Of a stretch of 64,000 bases of DNA, positions 25,351-40,400 are shown piece after piece. The DNA lies in the NCBI GenBank assembly GCA_965235115.1, contig OZ249436.1, positions 1,986,001 to 2,050,000 on the forward strand. The letters run 5' to 3'. Each line of letters begins with the position of its first letter. Within the stretch, counting starts at the first letter, position 1. The position numbers were made by a program, and so were the translations under genes. Under the pieces are notes generated by a model. That model had not been told where the DNA came from. It saw nothing but the letters and a program-made list of their open reading frames with translations, and searched no databases. This DNA is from Laetmonice hystrix (taxonomy: Eukaryota).

Positions 25351-28300
25351 AACAACCTGCAGCAAACTCTTAGTTCTCAATACTACTAGCATACAACAAC
25401 CTGCAGCAAACTCTCACTTCACAATACTACTAGCATACAACAACCTGCAGCAAACTCTCACTTCACAATACTACTAGCATACAACAACCTGCAGCAAACT
25501 ATCACTTCTCAATACTACTAGCACTACAACAACCTGCAGCAAACTCTCACTTCACAATACTACTAGCACTACAACAACCTGCAGCAAACTCTCACTTCTC
25601 AATACTACTAGCACTACAACAACCTGCAGCAAACTCTCACTTCTCAATACTACTAGCACTACAACAACCTGCAGCAAACTCTCACTTCTCAATACTACTA
25701 GCACTACAACAACCTGCAGCAAACTCTCACTTCTCAATACTACTAACACTACAACAACCTGCAGCAAACTCTCACTTCACAATACTACTAGCACTACAAC
25801 AACCTGCAGCAAACTCTCACTTCTCAATACTACTAGCACTACAACAACCTGCAGCAAACTCTCACTTCTCAATACTACTAGCACTACAACAAACCTGCAG
25901 CAAACTCTCACTTCTAAATATTACTAGCACTACAACAACCTGCAGCAAACTCTCACTTCTCAATACTACTAGCACTACAACAACCTGCAGCAAACTCTCA
26001 GTTCTCAATACTACTAGCACTACAACAACCTGCAGCAAACTCTCAGTTCTCAATACTACTAGCACTACAACAACCTGCAGCAAACTCTCAGTTCTCAATA
26101 CTACTAGCACTACAACAACCTGCAGCAAACTCTCACTTCTCAATACTACTAGCACTACAACAACCTGCAACAAACTCTCGGTTCTCAATACTACTAGCAC
26201 TACAACAACCTGCAGCAAACTATCACTTCTCAATACTACTAGCACTACAACAACCTGCAGCAAACTCTCACTTCTCAATACTACTAGCACTACAACAACC
26301 TGCAGCAAACTCTCACTTCTCAATACTACTAGCACTACAACAACCTGCAGCAAACTCTCACTTCTCAATACTACTAGCACTACAACAACCTGCAGCAAAC
26401 TCTCACTTCTCAATACTACTAGCACTACAACAACCTGCAGCAAACTCTCACTTCTCAATACTACTAGCACTACAACAACCTGCAGCAAACTCTCACTTCT
26501 CAATACTACTAACACTACAACAACCTGCAGCAAACTCTCACTTCACAATACTACTAGCACTACAACAACCTGCAGCAAACTCTCACTTCTCAATACTACT
26601 AGCACTACAACAACCTGCAGCAAACTCTCACTTCTCAATACTACTAGCACTACAACAAACCTGCAGCAAACTCTCACTTCTCAATATTACTAGCACTACA
26701 ACAACCTGCAGCAAACTCTCACTTCTCAATACTACTAGCACTACAACAACCTGCAGCAAACTCTCAGTTCTCAATACTACTAGCACTACAACAACCTGCA
26801 GCAAACTCTCAGTTCTCAATACTACTAGCACTACCACAACCTGCAGCAAACTCTCACTTCTCAATACTACTAGCACTACAACAACCTGCAGCAAACTCTC
26901 ACTTCTCAATACTACTAGCACTACAACAACCCGCAGCAAACTCTCAGTTCTCAATACTACTAGCACTACAACAACCTGCAGCAAACTCTCAGTTCTCAAT
27001 ACTACTAGCACTACAACAACCTGCAGCAAACTCTCACTTCTCAATACTACTAGCACTACAACAACCTGCAACAAACTCTCGGTTCTCAATACTACTAGCA
27101 CTACAACAACCTGCAGCAAACTATCACTTCTCAATACTACTAGCACTACAACAACCTGCAGCAAACTCTCACTTCTCAATACTACTAGCACTACAACAAC
27201 CTGCAGCAAACTCTCAGTTCTCAGTACTACTAGCACTACAACAACCTGCAGCAAACTATCACTTCTCAATACTACTAACACTACAACAACCTGCAGCAAA
27301 CTCTCACTTCTCAATACTACTAGCACTACAACAACCTGCAACAAACTCTCGGTTCTCAATACTACTAGCACTACAACAACCTGCAGCAAACTATCACTTC
27401 TCAATACTACTAGCACTACAACAACCTGCAGCAAACTCTCACTTCTCAATACTACTAGCACTACAACAACCTGCAGCAAACTCTCACTTCTCAATACTAC
27501 TAGCACTACAACAACCTGCAGCAAACTCTCACTTCTCAATACTACTAGCACTACAACAACCTGCAGCAAACTCTCAGTTCTCAATACTACTAGCACTACA
27601 ACAACCTGCAGCAAACTCTCAGTTCTCAATACTACTAGCACTACAACAACCTGCAGCAAACTCTCACTTCTCAATACTACTAGCACTACAACAACCTGCA
27701 ACAAACTCTCGGTTCTCAATACTACTAGCACTACAACAACCTGCAGCAAACTATCACTTCTCAATACTACTAGCACTACAACAACCTGCAGCAAACTCTC
27801 ACTTCTCAATACTACTAGCACTACAACAACCTGCAGCAAACTCTCACTTCTCAATACTACTAGCACTACAACAACCTGCAGCAAACTCTCACTTCTCAAT
27901 ACTACTAGCACTACAACAACCTGCAGCAAACTCTCACTTCTCAATACTACTAGCACTACAACAACCTGCAGCAAACTCTCACTTCTCAATACTACTAGCA
28001 CTACAACAACCTGCAGCAAACTCTCACTTCTCAATACTACTAACACTACAACAACCTGCAGCAAACTCTCACTTCACAATACTACTAGCACTACAACAAC
28101 CTGCAGCAAACTCTCACTTCTCAATACTACTAGCACTACAACAAACCTGCAGCAAACTCTCACTTCTCAATATTACTAGCACTACAACAACCTGCAGCAA
28201 ACTCTCACTTCTCAATACTACTAGCACTACAACAACCTGCAGCAAACTCTCAGTTCTCAATACTACTAGCACTACAACAACCTGCAGCAAACTCTCACTT

Positions 28301-31300
28301 CTCAATACTACTAGCACTACCACAACCTGCAGCAAACTCTCACTTCTCAATACTACTAGCACTACAACAACCTGCAGCAAACTCTCACTTCTCAATACTA
28401 CTAGCACTACAACAACCCGCAGCAAACTCTCAGTTCTCAATACTACTAGCACTACAACAACCTGCAGCAAACTCTCAGTTCTCAATACTACTAGCACTAC
28501 AACAACCTGCAGCAAACTCTCACTTCTCAATACTACTAGCACTACAACAACCTGCAACAAACTCTCGGTTCTCAATACTACTAGCACTACAACAACCTGC
28601 AGCAAACTATCACTTCTCAATACTACTAGCACTACAACAACCTGCAGCAAACTCTCACTTCTCAATACTACTAGCACTACAACAACCTGCAGCAAACTCT
28701 CACTTCTCAATACTACTAGCACTACAACAACCTGCAGCAAACTCTCACTTCTCAATACTACTAGCACTACAACAACCTGCAGCAAACTCTCACTTCTCAA
28801 TACTACTAGCACTACAACAACCTGCAGCAAACTCTCACTTCTCAATACTACTAGCACTACAACAACCTGCAGCAAACTCTCACTTCTCAATACTACTAAC
28901 ACTACAACAACCTGCAGCAAACTCTCACTTCACAATACTACTAGCACTACAACAACCTGCAGCAAACTCTCACTTCTCAATACTACTAGCACTACAACAA
29001 CCTGCAGCAAACTCTCACTTCTCAATACTACTAGCACTACAACAAACCTGCAGCAAACTCTCACTTCTCAATATTACTAGCACTACAACAACCTGCAGCA
29101 AACTCTCACTTCTCAATACTACTAGCACTACAACAACCTGCAGCAAACTCTCAGTTCTCAATACTACTAGCACTACAACAACCTGCAGCAAACTCTCAGT
29201 TCTCAATACTACTAGCACTACAACAACCTGCAGCAAACTCTCACTTCTCAATACTACTAGCACAACAACAACCTGCAGCAAACTCTCACTTCTCAATACT
29301 ACTAGCACTACAACAACCCGCAGCAAACTCTCACTTCTCAATACTACTAGCACTACAACAACCTGCAGCAAACTCTCACTTCTCAATACGACTAGCACTA
29401 CAACAACCTGCAGCAAACTCTCACTTCTCAATACTACTAGCACTACAACAACCTGCAGCAAACTCTCACTTCTCAATACTACTAGCACTACAACAACCTG
29501 CAGCAAACTCTCACTTCTCAATACTACTAGCACTACAACAACCTGCAGCAAACTCTCACTTCTCAATACTACTAGCACTACAACAACCTGCAGCAAACTC
29601 TCACTTCTCAAACCTACTAGCACTACAACAACCTGCAGCAAACTCTCACTTCTCAGTACTACTAGCACTACAACAACCTGCAGCAAACTCTCACTTCTCA
29701 ATACTACTAGCACTACAACAACCTGCAGCAAACTCTCACTTCTCAATACGACTAGCACTACAACAACCTGCAGCAAACTCTCACTTCTCAATACTACTAG
29801 CACTACAACAACCTGCAGCAAACTCTCACTTCTCAATACTACTAGCACTACAACAACCTGCAGCAAACTCTCACTTCTCAATACTACTAACACTACAACA
29901 ACCTGCAGCAAACTCTCACTTCACAATACTACTAGCACTACAACAACCTGCAGCAAACTCTCACTTCTCAATACTACTAGCACTACAACAAACCTGCAGC
30001 AAACTCTCACTTCTCAATATTACTAGCACTACAACAACCTGCAGCAAACTCTCACTTCTCAATACTACTAGCACTACAACAACCTGCAGCAAACTCTCAG
30101 TTCTCAATACTACTAGCACTACAACAACCTGCAGCAAACTCTCACTTCTCAATACTACTAGCACTACCACAACCTGCAGCAAACTCTCACTTCTCAATAC
30201 TACTAGCACTACAACAACCTGCAGCAAACTCTCACTTCTCAATACTACTAGCACTACAACAACCCGCAGCAAACTCTCAGTTCTCAATACTACTAGCACT
30301 ACAACAACCTGCAGCAAACTCTCAGTTCTCAATACTACTAGCACTACAACAACCTGCAGCAAACTCTCACTTCTCAATACTACTAGCACTACAACAACCT
30401 GCAACAAACTCTCGGTTCTCAATACTACTAGCACTACAACAACCTGCAGCAAACTATCACTTCTCAATACTACTAGCACTACAACAACCTGCAGCAAACT
30501 CTCACTTCTCAATACTACTAGCACTACAACAACCTGCAGCAAACTCTCACTTCTCAATACTACTAGCACTACAACAACCTGCAGCAAACTCTCACTTCTC
30601 AATACTACTAGCACTACAACAACCTGCAGCAAACTCTCACTTCTCAATACTACTAGCACTACAACAACCTGCAGCAAACTCTCACTTCTCAATACTACTA
30701 GCACTACAACAACCTGCAGCAAACTCTCACTTCTCAATACTACTAACACTACAACAACCTGCAGCAAACTCTCACTTCACAATACTACTAGCACTACAAC
30801 AACCTGCAGCAAACTCTCACTTCTCAATACTACTAGCACTACAACAACCTGCAGCAAACTCTCACTTCTCAATACTACTAGCACTACAACAAACCTGCAG
30901 CAAACTCTCACTTCTCAATATTACTAGCACTACAACAACCTGCAGCAAACTCTCACTTCTCAATACTACTAGCACTACAACAACCTGCAGCAAACTCTCA
31001 GTTCTCAATACTACTAGCACTACAACAACCTGCAGCAAACTCTCAGTTCTCAATACTACTAGCACTACAACAACCTGCAGCAAACTCTCACTTCTCAATA
31101 CTACTAGCACAACAACAACCTGCAGCAAACTCTCACTTCTCAATACTACTAGCACTACAACAACCCGCAGCAAACTCTCACTTCTCAATACTACTAGCAC
31201 TACAACAACCTGCAGCAAACTCTCACTTCTCAATACGACTAGCACTACAACAACCTGCAGCAAACTCTCACTTCTCAATACTACTAGCACTACAACAACC

Positions 31301-31762
31301 TGCAGCAAACTCTCACTTCTCAATACTACTAGCACTACAACAACCTGCAGCAAACTCTCACTTCTCAATACTACTAGCACTACAACAACCTGCAGCAAAC
31401 TCTCACTTCTCAATACTACTAGCACTACAACAACCTGCAGCAAACTCTCACTTCTCAAACCTACTAGCACTACAACAACCTGCAGCAAACTCTCACTTCT
31501 CAGTACTACTAGCACTACAACAACCTGCAGCAAACTCTCACTTCTCAATACTACTAGCACTACAACAACCTGCAGCAAACTCTCACTTCTCAATACGACT
31601 AGCACTACAACAACCTGCAGCAAACTCTCACTTCTCAATACTACTAGCACTACAACAACCTGCAGCAAACTCTCACTTCTCAATACTACTAGCACTACAA
31701 CAACCTGCAGCAAACTCTCACTTCTCAATACTACTAGCATACAATAACCTGCAGCAAACTCT
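25351..31762. repeat. Large A/C-rich minisatellite, 45-bp unit, ~140 copies, with higher-order structure
   Basis: Unit aacaacctgcagcaaactctcacttctcaatactactagcactac; 15-aa periodicity in the ORF track. Confidence 0.98.
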
Positions 31763-31765
31763 CCG

Positions 31766-31879
31766 ACACCGCCATGCCGCGGCCGTCCCTCCCCAGGTTC
31801 CCACACCGCCATGCCGTGGCCGTCCATGCAAGGTTCCCACACCGCCATACCGCGGCCGTCCATGCAAGGTTCCCACACC
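31766..31879. repeat. Tandem repeat, 36-bp unit x3, abutting the 45-bp array
   Basis: Unit acaccgccatgccgtggccgtccatgcaaggttccc. Confidence 0.9.
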
Positions 31880-32437
31880 AAATGCCGCGCCTGTATTTAC
31901 GAGTGTATTTACATACCACATATTGAGGGGTTGATTGGATGATGACTGGGGTAAAAACAACGATCGACGTTTGGGTTTCCAATAGTTAGATACTCGACCG
32001 AGATGGACCTGTAGAGGCAAGTAGCTCTGAGGGATGGTGGCTGGGGGGGGGGGGGGGGGGGAGTTATTGGTTAGACTTGAAGCCATGTTGACTTAGCTGA
32101 ATCTGTATTGCCGTTTCCATTAGTATCCCAAGGATATATCTATTAAATCATGGATCGGAGGAGGGTGAGTATTGCGAGTTCTATGCAATAAGTCCTGAGA
32201 CAAGGTCGAGTTCTGAGCAAACGGGAGTGAAGGGTTTCTGGTGTTTGCCCAGATAACCTGTCGGCCTGGTCTGAGGTCGACCGATAAGGGATTCTGCAAT
32301 ATTACATGGCTGTGGACCTCTATCTGGCGATAGTGCTAGCATTTCATGAAGAAAGCCTGTTGAAATGTCCAACTGCGGGCCATGGAGGTTGATGTGGAAC
32401 AAATTATTCCCTTCCTGAATTATGTGGCTGGTTTGCC

Positions 32438-34013
32438 ACTACGACACCTGTCCTGACCCTGAGTCTGGGGCCAGTGGTCACTACGACACCTGTCCTGACC
32501 CTGAGTCTGGGGCCATGAAGTGGTCACTACGACACCTGTCCTGACCCTGAGTCTGGGGCCAGTGGTCACTACGACACCTGTCCTGACCCTGAGTCTGGGG
32601 CCATGAAGTGGTCACTACGACACCTGTCCTGACCCTGAGTCTGGGGCCATGAAGTGGTCACTACGACACCTGTCCTGACCCTGAGTCTGGGGCCATGAAG
32701 TGGTCACTACGACACCTGTCCTGACCCTGAGTCTGGGGCCGGGAAGTGGTCACTACGACACCTGTCCTGACCCTGAGTCTGGGGCCAGTGGTCACCACGA
32801 CACCTGTCCTGACCCTGAGTCTGGGGCCAGTGGTCACCACGACACCTGTCCTGACCCTGAGTCTGGGGCCAGTGGTCACTACGACACCTGTCCTGACCCT
32901 GAGTCTGGGCCAGTGGTCACTACCACACCTGTCCTGACCCTGAGTCTGGGGCCAGGAAGTGGTCACTACGACACCTGTCCTGACCCTGAGTCTGGGGCCA
33001 GTGGTCACTACGACACCTGTCCTGACCCTGAGTCTGGGGCCAGGAAGTGGTCACTACGACACCTGTCCTGACCCTGAGTCTGGGGCCAGTGGTCACTACG
33101 ACACCTGTCCTGACCCTGAGTCTGGGGCCAGGAAGTGGTCACTACGACACCTGTCCTGACCCTGAGTCTGGGGCCAGTGGTCACTACGACACCTGTCCTG
33201 ACCCTGAGTCTGGGGCCAGTGGTCACTACGACACCTGTCCTGACCCTGAGTCTGGGGCCATGAAGTGGTCACTACGACACCTGTCCTGACCCTGAGTCTG
33301 GGGCCAGTGGTCACTACGACACCTGTCCTGACCCTGAGTCTGGGCCAGTGGTCACTACCACACCTGTCCTGACCCTGAGTCTGGGGCCAGGAAGTGGTCA
33401 CTACGACACCTGTCCTGACCCTGAGTCTGGGGCCAGTGGTCACTACGACACCTGTCCTGACCCTGAGTCTGGGGCCAGTGGTCACTACGACACCTGTCCT
33501 GACCCTGAGTCTGGGGCCAGGAAGTGGTCACTACGACACCTGTCCTGACCCTGAGTCTGGGGCCAGGAAGTGGTCACTACGACACCTGTCCTGACCCTGA
33601 GTCTGGGGCCAGTGGTCACTACGACACCTGTCCTGACCCTGAGTCTGGGGCCAGTGGTCACTACGACACCTGTCCTGACACTGAGTCTGGGGCCAGGAAG
33701 TGGTCACTACGACACCTGTCCTGACCCTGAGTCTGGGGCCAGTGGTCACTACGACACCTGTCCTGACCCTGAGTCTGGGGCCAGGAAGTGGTCACTACGA
33801 CACCTGTCCTGACCCTGAGTCTGGGGCCGGGAAGTGGTCACTACGACACCTGTCCTGACCCTGAGTCTGGGGCCAGGAAGTGGTCACTACGACACCTGTC
33901 CTGACCCTGAGTCTGGGGCCAGTGGTCACTACGACACCTGTCCTGACCCTGAGTCTGGGGCCAGTGGTCACTACGACACCTGTCCTGACCCTGTGTCTGG
34001 GGCAGGAAGTGGT
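32438..34013. repeat. Minisatellite, mixed 42/46-bp units, ~36 copies
   Basis: Unit cactacgacacctgtcctgaccctgagtctggggcca[tgaa/ggaa]gtggt. Confidence 0.96.
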
Positions 34014-34458
34014 GGATAACTTTTACATTCAGTCAACACAACTCCCCATGTCTCTCGGGACGTTGGTTTCAGTATGAATTTGTCTCGAATTTGCTGCGTT
34101 TGGAATCCTGACACAAGCTCTTTGTTCGGAGATGTGGGCTTGCAGCCAGGCGGCGGAGTCTGTCCTGATTGTACGGACTTTGCTAACTAATGACCACCAA
34201 CAGAAGGTGCCGCCTAGCCCCTGGGGCCCCACCCGGCCGCCCGGCCAGCGCGGCCAGCCCGGCCCGGCCAGCACTGTCTGACGGACAGCGGGAGGGAGGG
34301 CGGGCGCTGCCGATGGTCAGTTCAATTAGCACTGTATCGATCGGCTGGTCATCGTGCAGGGTCGGGTCAGGCTGGCGGGTGGTCGTCGTTATAATAGTCC
34401 AGGTGAACGTAGACGGAATGAACCACTTAAAGCCTGAACTATGTGAGAATATAGGTCA

Positions 34459-35150
34459 GGGGGTTGGGGACATACGGCACTCTGGGGTTGGGGACATACG
34501 ACACTCTGGGGTTGAGGACACCCTGGGGTTGGGGACATAGGACACTCTGGGGTTGGGGACATAGGACACTCTGGGGTTGGGGACATACGACACTCTGGGG
34601 TTGAGGACATACGACACCCTGGGGTTGAGGACATACGACACTCTGGGGTTGGGGACATAGGACACCCTGGGGTTGGGGACATAGGACACTCTGGGGTTGA
34701 GGACATACGACACTCTGGGGTTGAGGACATACGACACTCTGGGGTTGGGGTCATACGACACCCTGGGGTTGGGGACATACGACACCCTGGGGTTGGGGAC
34801 ATACGACACCCTGGGGTTGGGGACATACAACACCCTGGGGTTGAGGACATAGGACACTCTGGGGTTGGGGACATACGACACCCTGAGGTTGGGGGACATA
34901 CGACACTCGGGCTTGGGGACATACGGCACCCTGGGGTTGGGGACATACGACACCCTGGGGTTGGGGACATAGGACACTCTGGGGTTGGGGACATAGGACA
35001 CTCTGGGGTTGAGGACATACGACACTCTGGGGTTGGGGACATACGATACTCTGGGGTCGGGGACATACGACACCCTGGGGTTGGGGACATACGACACCCT
35101 GGGGTTGAGGACATACGACACCCTGGGGTTGAGGACATACGACACCCTGG
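34459..35150. repeat. G-rich minisatellite, 24-bp unit, ~29 copies
   Basis: Unit ctggggttggggacatacgacact. Confidence 0.95.
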
Positions 35151-35321
35151 ACCATGGACAGACCTGTAGGGGTACTAAAGGTTAATCTAGAGTTGGCACA
35201 GACAGTGGTTGATTCATACGTTACTCAGTTATTGATCAATTGTGGAGGTGTTACGGGTTATTATGAACCAATGTATCACCTGACCACTGCTGTATGAGGC
35301 CGTCTGGTCTGTGTGACAGCC

Positions 35322-36843
35322 CCTGGATTACAGTCAGTCTGTCGTAATCAATGGTCAGCTGCACCTGGCATAAAGTCAGTCTGTCGTAGTCAATGGTCAG
35401 CTGAACCTGGCATAAAGTCAGTCTGTCGTAATCAATGGTCAGCTGCACCTGGCATAAAGTCAGTCTGTCGTAGTCAATGGTCAGCTGAACCTGGCATAAA
35501 GTCAGTCTGTCGTAATCAATGGTCAGCTGAACCTGGCATAAAGTCAGTCTGTCGTAATCAATGGTCAGCTGAACCTAGCTCAAAGTCAGTCTCGTAGTCA
35601 ATGGTCAGCTGAAGCTGGCTTAAAGTCAGTCTGTCGTAGTCAATGGTGAGCTGAACCTGGCATAAAGTCAGTCTATCGTAGTCAATGGTCAGCTGAACCT
35701 GGCATAAAGTCAGTCTGTCGTAGTCAATGGTCAGCTGAACCTGGCATAAAGTCAGTCTGTCGTAGTCAATGGTCAGCTGAACCTGGCTTCAAGTCAGTCT
35801 GTCGTAGTCAATGGTCAGCTGAACCTGGCTTAAAGTCAGTCTGTCGTAGTCAATGGTCAGCTGTACCTTGCTCAAAGTCAGTCTGTCGTAGTCAATGGTC
35901 AGCTGAACCTGGCTTAAAGTCAGTCTGTCGTAATTAATGGTCAGCTGAACCTGGCATAAAGTCAGTCTGTCGTAGTCAATGGTCAGCTGAACCTGGCTTA
36001 AAGTCAGTCTGTCGTAATTAATGGTCAGCTGAACCTGGCATAAAGTCAGTCTGTCGTAGTCAATGGTCAGCTGAACCTGGCATAAAGTCAGTCTGTCGTA
36101 GTCAATGGTCAGCTGTACCTAGCTCAAAGTCAGTCTGTCGTAGTCAATGGTCAGCTGAACCTGGCATAAAGTCAGTCTGTCGTAATCAATGGTCAGCTGT
36201 ACCTAGCTCAAAGTCAGTCTGTCGTAATCAATGGTCAGCTGAACCTGGCATAAAGTCAGTCTGTCGTAGTCAGTGGTCAGCTGAACCTAGCTCAAAGTCA
36301 GTCTGTCGTAGTCAATGGTCAGCTGAACCTGGCTTAAAGTCAGTTTGTCGTAATCAATGGTCAGCTGAACCTGGCTTAAAGTCAGTCTGTCGTAATCAAT
36401 GGTCAGCTGAACCTGGCTTAAAGTCAGTCTGTCGTAATCAATGGTCAGCTGAACCTGGCATAAAGTCAGTCTGTCGTAATCAATGGTCAGCTGAACCTGG
36501 CTTACAGTCAGTCTGTCGTAGTCAATGGTCAGCTGAACCTGGCTTAAAGTCAGTCTGTCGTAATCAATGGTCAGCTGAACCTGGCTTACAGTCAGTCTGT
36601 CGTAGTCAATGGTCAGCTGAACCTGGCTTAAAGTCAGTCTGTCGTAATCAATGGTCAGCTGAACCTGGCTTAAAGTCAGTCTGTCGTGGTCAATGGTCAG
36701 CTGCACCTGGCTTAAAGTCAGTCTGTCGTAATCAATGGTCAGCTGAACCTGGCTTAAAGTCAGTCTGTCGTAGTCAATGGTCAGCTGAACCTGGCTTAAA
36801 GTCAGTCTGTCGTAGTCAATGGTCAGCTGTACCTGGCTTAAAG
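35322..36843. repeat. Minisatellite, 42-bp unit, ~36 copies
   Basis: Unit ctggc(a/t)taaagtcagtctgtcgta(g/a)tcaatggtcagctgaac. Confidence 0.96.
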
Positions 36844-37443
36844 CAGTGGTTGAGTGCCCTAAGACGAGACAAGATTATAGTCTAAAATCCGATGACCATT
36901 GCTTATCGTAGAGGTTCAGTGGTCTAAGGCTGTGCCTGGTGATCAAAGGGACTCTCACGTCTGACTCTGAATCCCATTAGTTCTACCTGTGAGAGCATTT
37001 GTCGGTGTCCTGCTGCAAGGTCGGTGGATTCTGCCAAGTACACCCGTATTTTGGTTACCTTCACTACTAACACAGACTCCCTTATAATGATTTCTTTGGT
37101 TGAATGCGAGGCAGAATCAAAGAGCTCTTGATGAATAAACATATTACCAACCCTTTGATAGGCAATTGTAAGCGTGATGGAGACATCAGAAGAAAGAGTA
37201 TAGGCTGTCAGAAGTTATGTCGCGTTCATCTCCTTGACGTCGCGTTCAGGTAAGAATATCGACATGTTTGGAACATGCGATGACAACCTTTGTAAAAGCG
37301 AGTACATGGTGTGTGTTGTATAAAGACTGCGTTGACATGTTGAGGACGTTTCCTGTGAACATTATTTTAGAGGTTTGCCTTGGATGATATCGTTTCTCCA
37401 GGTATTTCATAGAGTTGACTCAGAACACCAGGCCATGGGTTGT

Positions 37444-40400
37444 CAGTTTGTTCTGTACATGTACCTGTGTAAGGTCCAGTAGACCTGTGTAAGGTCCAGT
37501 AGACCTGGGACTGGCAGTTTGTTCTGTACCTGTGTAAGGTTCAGTAGACCTTGGTCTGGCAGTTTGTTCTGTACCTGTGTAAGGTTCAGTAGACCTGGGA
37601 CTGGCAGTTTGTTCTGTACCTGTGTAAGGTTCAGTAGACCTTGGTCTGGCAGTTTGTTCTGTACCTGTGTAAGGTTCAGTAGACCTGGGTCTGGCAGTTT
37701 GTTCTGTACAGGTCTGTGTAAGGTTCAGTAGACCTGTGTAAGGTTCAGTAGACCTGGGACTGGCAGTTTGTTCTGTACCTGTGTAAGGTTCAGTAGACCT
37801 GGGACTGGCAGTTTGTTCTGTACCTGTGTAAGGTTCAGTAGACCTGGGACTGGCAGTTTGTTCTGTACCTGTGTAAGGTTCAGTAGACCTGGGACTGGCA
37901 GTTTGTTCTGTACCTGTGTAAGGTTCAGTAGACCTGGGACTGGCAGTTTGTTCTGTACCTGTGTAAGGTTCAGTAGACCTGGGACTGGCAGTTTGTTCTG
38001 TACCTGTGTAAGGTTCAGTAGACCTGGGACTGGCAGTTTGTTCTGTACAGGTCTGTGTAAGGTTCAGTAGACCTGGGTCTGGCAGTTTGTTCTGTACCTG
38101 TGTAAGGTTCAGTAGACCTGGGTCTGGCAGTTTGTTCTGTACCTGTGTAAGGTTCAGTAGACCTGGGACTGGCAGTTTGTTCTGTACCTGTGTAAGGTTC
38201 AGTAGACCTGGGTCTGGCAGTTTGTTCTGTACCTGTGTAAGGTTCAGTAGACCTGGGACTGGCAGTTTGTTCTGTACAGGTCTGTGTAAGGTTCAGTAGA
38301 CCTGGGTCTGGCAGTTTGTTCTGTACCTGTGTAAGGTTCAGTAGACCTGGGTCTGGCAGTTTGTTCTGTACCTGTGTAAGGTTCAGTAGACCTGTGTAAG
38401 GTTCAGTAGACCTGGGACTGGCAGTTTGTTCTGTACCTGTGTAAGGTTCAGTAGACCTGGGTCTGGCAGTTTGTTCTGTACCTGTGTAAGGTTCAGTAGA
38501 CCTGGGACTGGCAGTTTGTTCTGTACAGGTCTGTGTAAGGTTCAGTAGACCTGGGACTGGCAGTTTGTTCTGTACCTGTGTAAGGTTCAGTAGACCTGGG
38601 TCTGGCAGTTTGTTCTGTACAGGTCTGTGTAAGGTTCAGTAGACCTGGGACTGGCAGTTTGTTCTGTACCTGTGTAAGGTTCAGTAGACCTGGGTCTGGC
38701 AGTTTGTTCTGTACAGGTCTGTGTAAGGTTCAGTAGACCTGGGTCTGGCAGTTTGTTCTGTACCTGTGTAAGGTTCAGTAGACCTGGGACTGGCAGTTTG
38801 TTCTGTACAGGTCTGTGTAAGGTTCAGTAGACCTGGGACTGGCAGTTTGTTCTGTACCTGTGTAAGGTTCAGTAGACCTGGGACTGGCAGTTTGTTCTGT
38901 ACCTGTGTAAGGTTCAGTAGACCTGGGACTGGCAGTTTGTTCTGTACCTGTGTAAGGTTCAGTAGACCTGGGTCTGGCAGTTTGTTCTGTACCTGTGTAA
39001 GGTTCAGTAGACCTGTGTAAGGTTCAGTAGACCTGGGTCTGGCAGTTTGTTCTGTACAGGTCTGTGTAAGGTTCAGTAGACCTGGGACTGGCAGTTTGTT
39101 CTGTACCTGTGTAAGGTTCAGTAGACTTGGGACTGGCAGTTTGTTCTGTACCTGTGTAAGGTTCAGTAGACTTGGGACTGGCAGTTTGTTCTGTACCTGT
39201 GTAAGGTTCAGTAGACTTGGGACTGGCAGTTTGTTCTGTACCTGTGTAAGGTTCAGTAGACCTGGGACTGGCAGTTTGTTCTGTACCTGTGTAAGGTTCA
39301 GTAGACCTGGGTCTGGCAGTTTGTTCTGTACAGGTCTGTGTAAGGTTCAGTAGACCTGGGACTGGCAGTTTGTTCTGTACCTGTGTAAGGTTCAGTAGAC
39401 CTGGGACTGGCAGTTTGTTCTGTACCTGTGTAAGGTTCAGTAGACCTGGGTCTGGCAGTTTGTTCTGTACCTGTGTAAGGTTCAGTAGACCTGGGTCTGG
39501 CAGTTTGTTGTGTACCTGTGTAAGGTTCAGTAGACCTGGGACTGGCAGTTTGTTTTGTACCTGTGTAAGGTCCAGTAGACCTGGGTCTGACAGTTTGTTG
39601 TGTACAGGTCTGTGTAAGGTTCAGTAGACCTGGGACTGGCAGTTTGTTCTGTACAGGTCTGTGTAAGGTTCAGTAGACCTGGGACTGGCAGTTTGTTCTG
39701 TACCTGTGTAAGGTTCAGTAGACCTGGGTCTGACAGTTTGTTGTGTACCTGTGTAAGGTTCAGTAGACCTGTGTAAGGTTCAGTAGACCTGGGTCTGGCA
39801 GTTTGTTCTATACAGGTCTGTGTAAGGTTCAGTGGACCTGGGACTGGCAGTTTGTTCTGTACCTGTGTAAGGTTCAGTAGACCTGGGACTGGCAGTTTGT
39901 TCTGTACCTGTGTAAGGTTCAGTAGACCTGGGTCTGGCAGTTTGTTCTGTACCTGTGTAAGGTTCAGTAGACCTGGGTCTGGCAGTTTGTTCTGTACCTG
40001 TGTAAGGTTCAGTAGACCTGGGACTGGCAGTTTGTTCTGTACCTGTGTAAGGTTCAGTAGACCTGAGACTGGCAGTTTGTTGTGTACCTGTGTAAGGTTC
40101 AGTAGACCTGGGTCTGGCAGTTTGTTGTGTACCTGTGTAAGGTTCAGTAGACCTGGGACTGGCAGTTTGTTTTGTACCTGTGTAAGGTCCAGTAGACCTG
40201 GGTCTGACAGTTTGTTGTGTACCTGTGTAAGGTTCAGTACACCTGAGACTGGCAGTTTGTTCTGTACCTGTGTAAGGTTCAGTAGACCTGAGACTGGCAG
40301 TTTGTTCTGTACCTGTGTAAGGTTCAGTAGACCTGGGTCTGGCAGTTTGTTCTGTACCTGTGTAAGGTTCAGTAGACTTGGGACTGGCAGTTTGTTCTGT

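Noticed and set aside
25351..31881. Long ORFs (LQVVVVLVVLRSES on -, mucin-like TTTCSKLSLLNTTST on +)
   Set aside because: Open only because the 45-bp unit is a multiple of 3. They are repeatedly broken by 46-bp frameshift units and have no unique domain or splice context.
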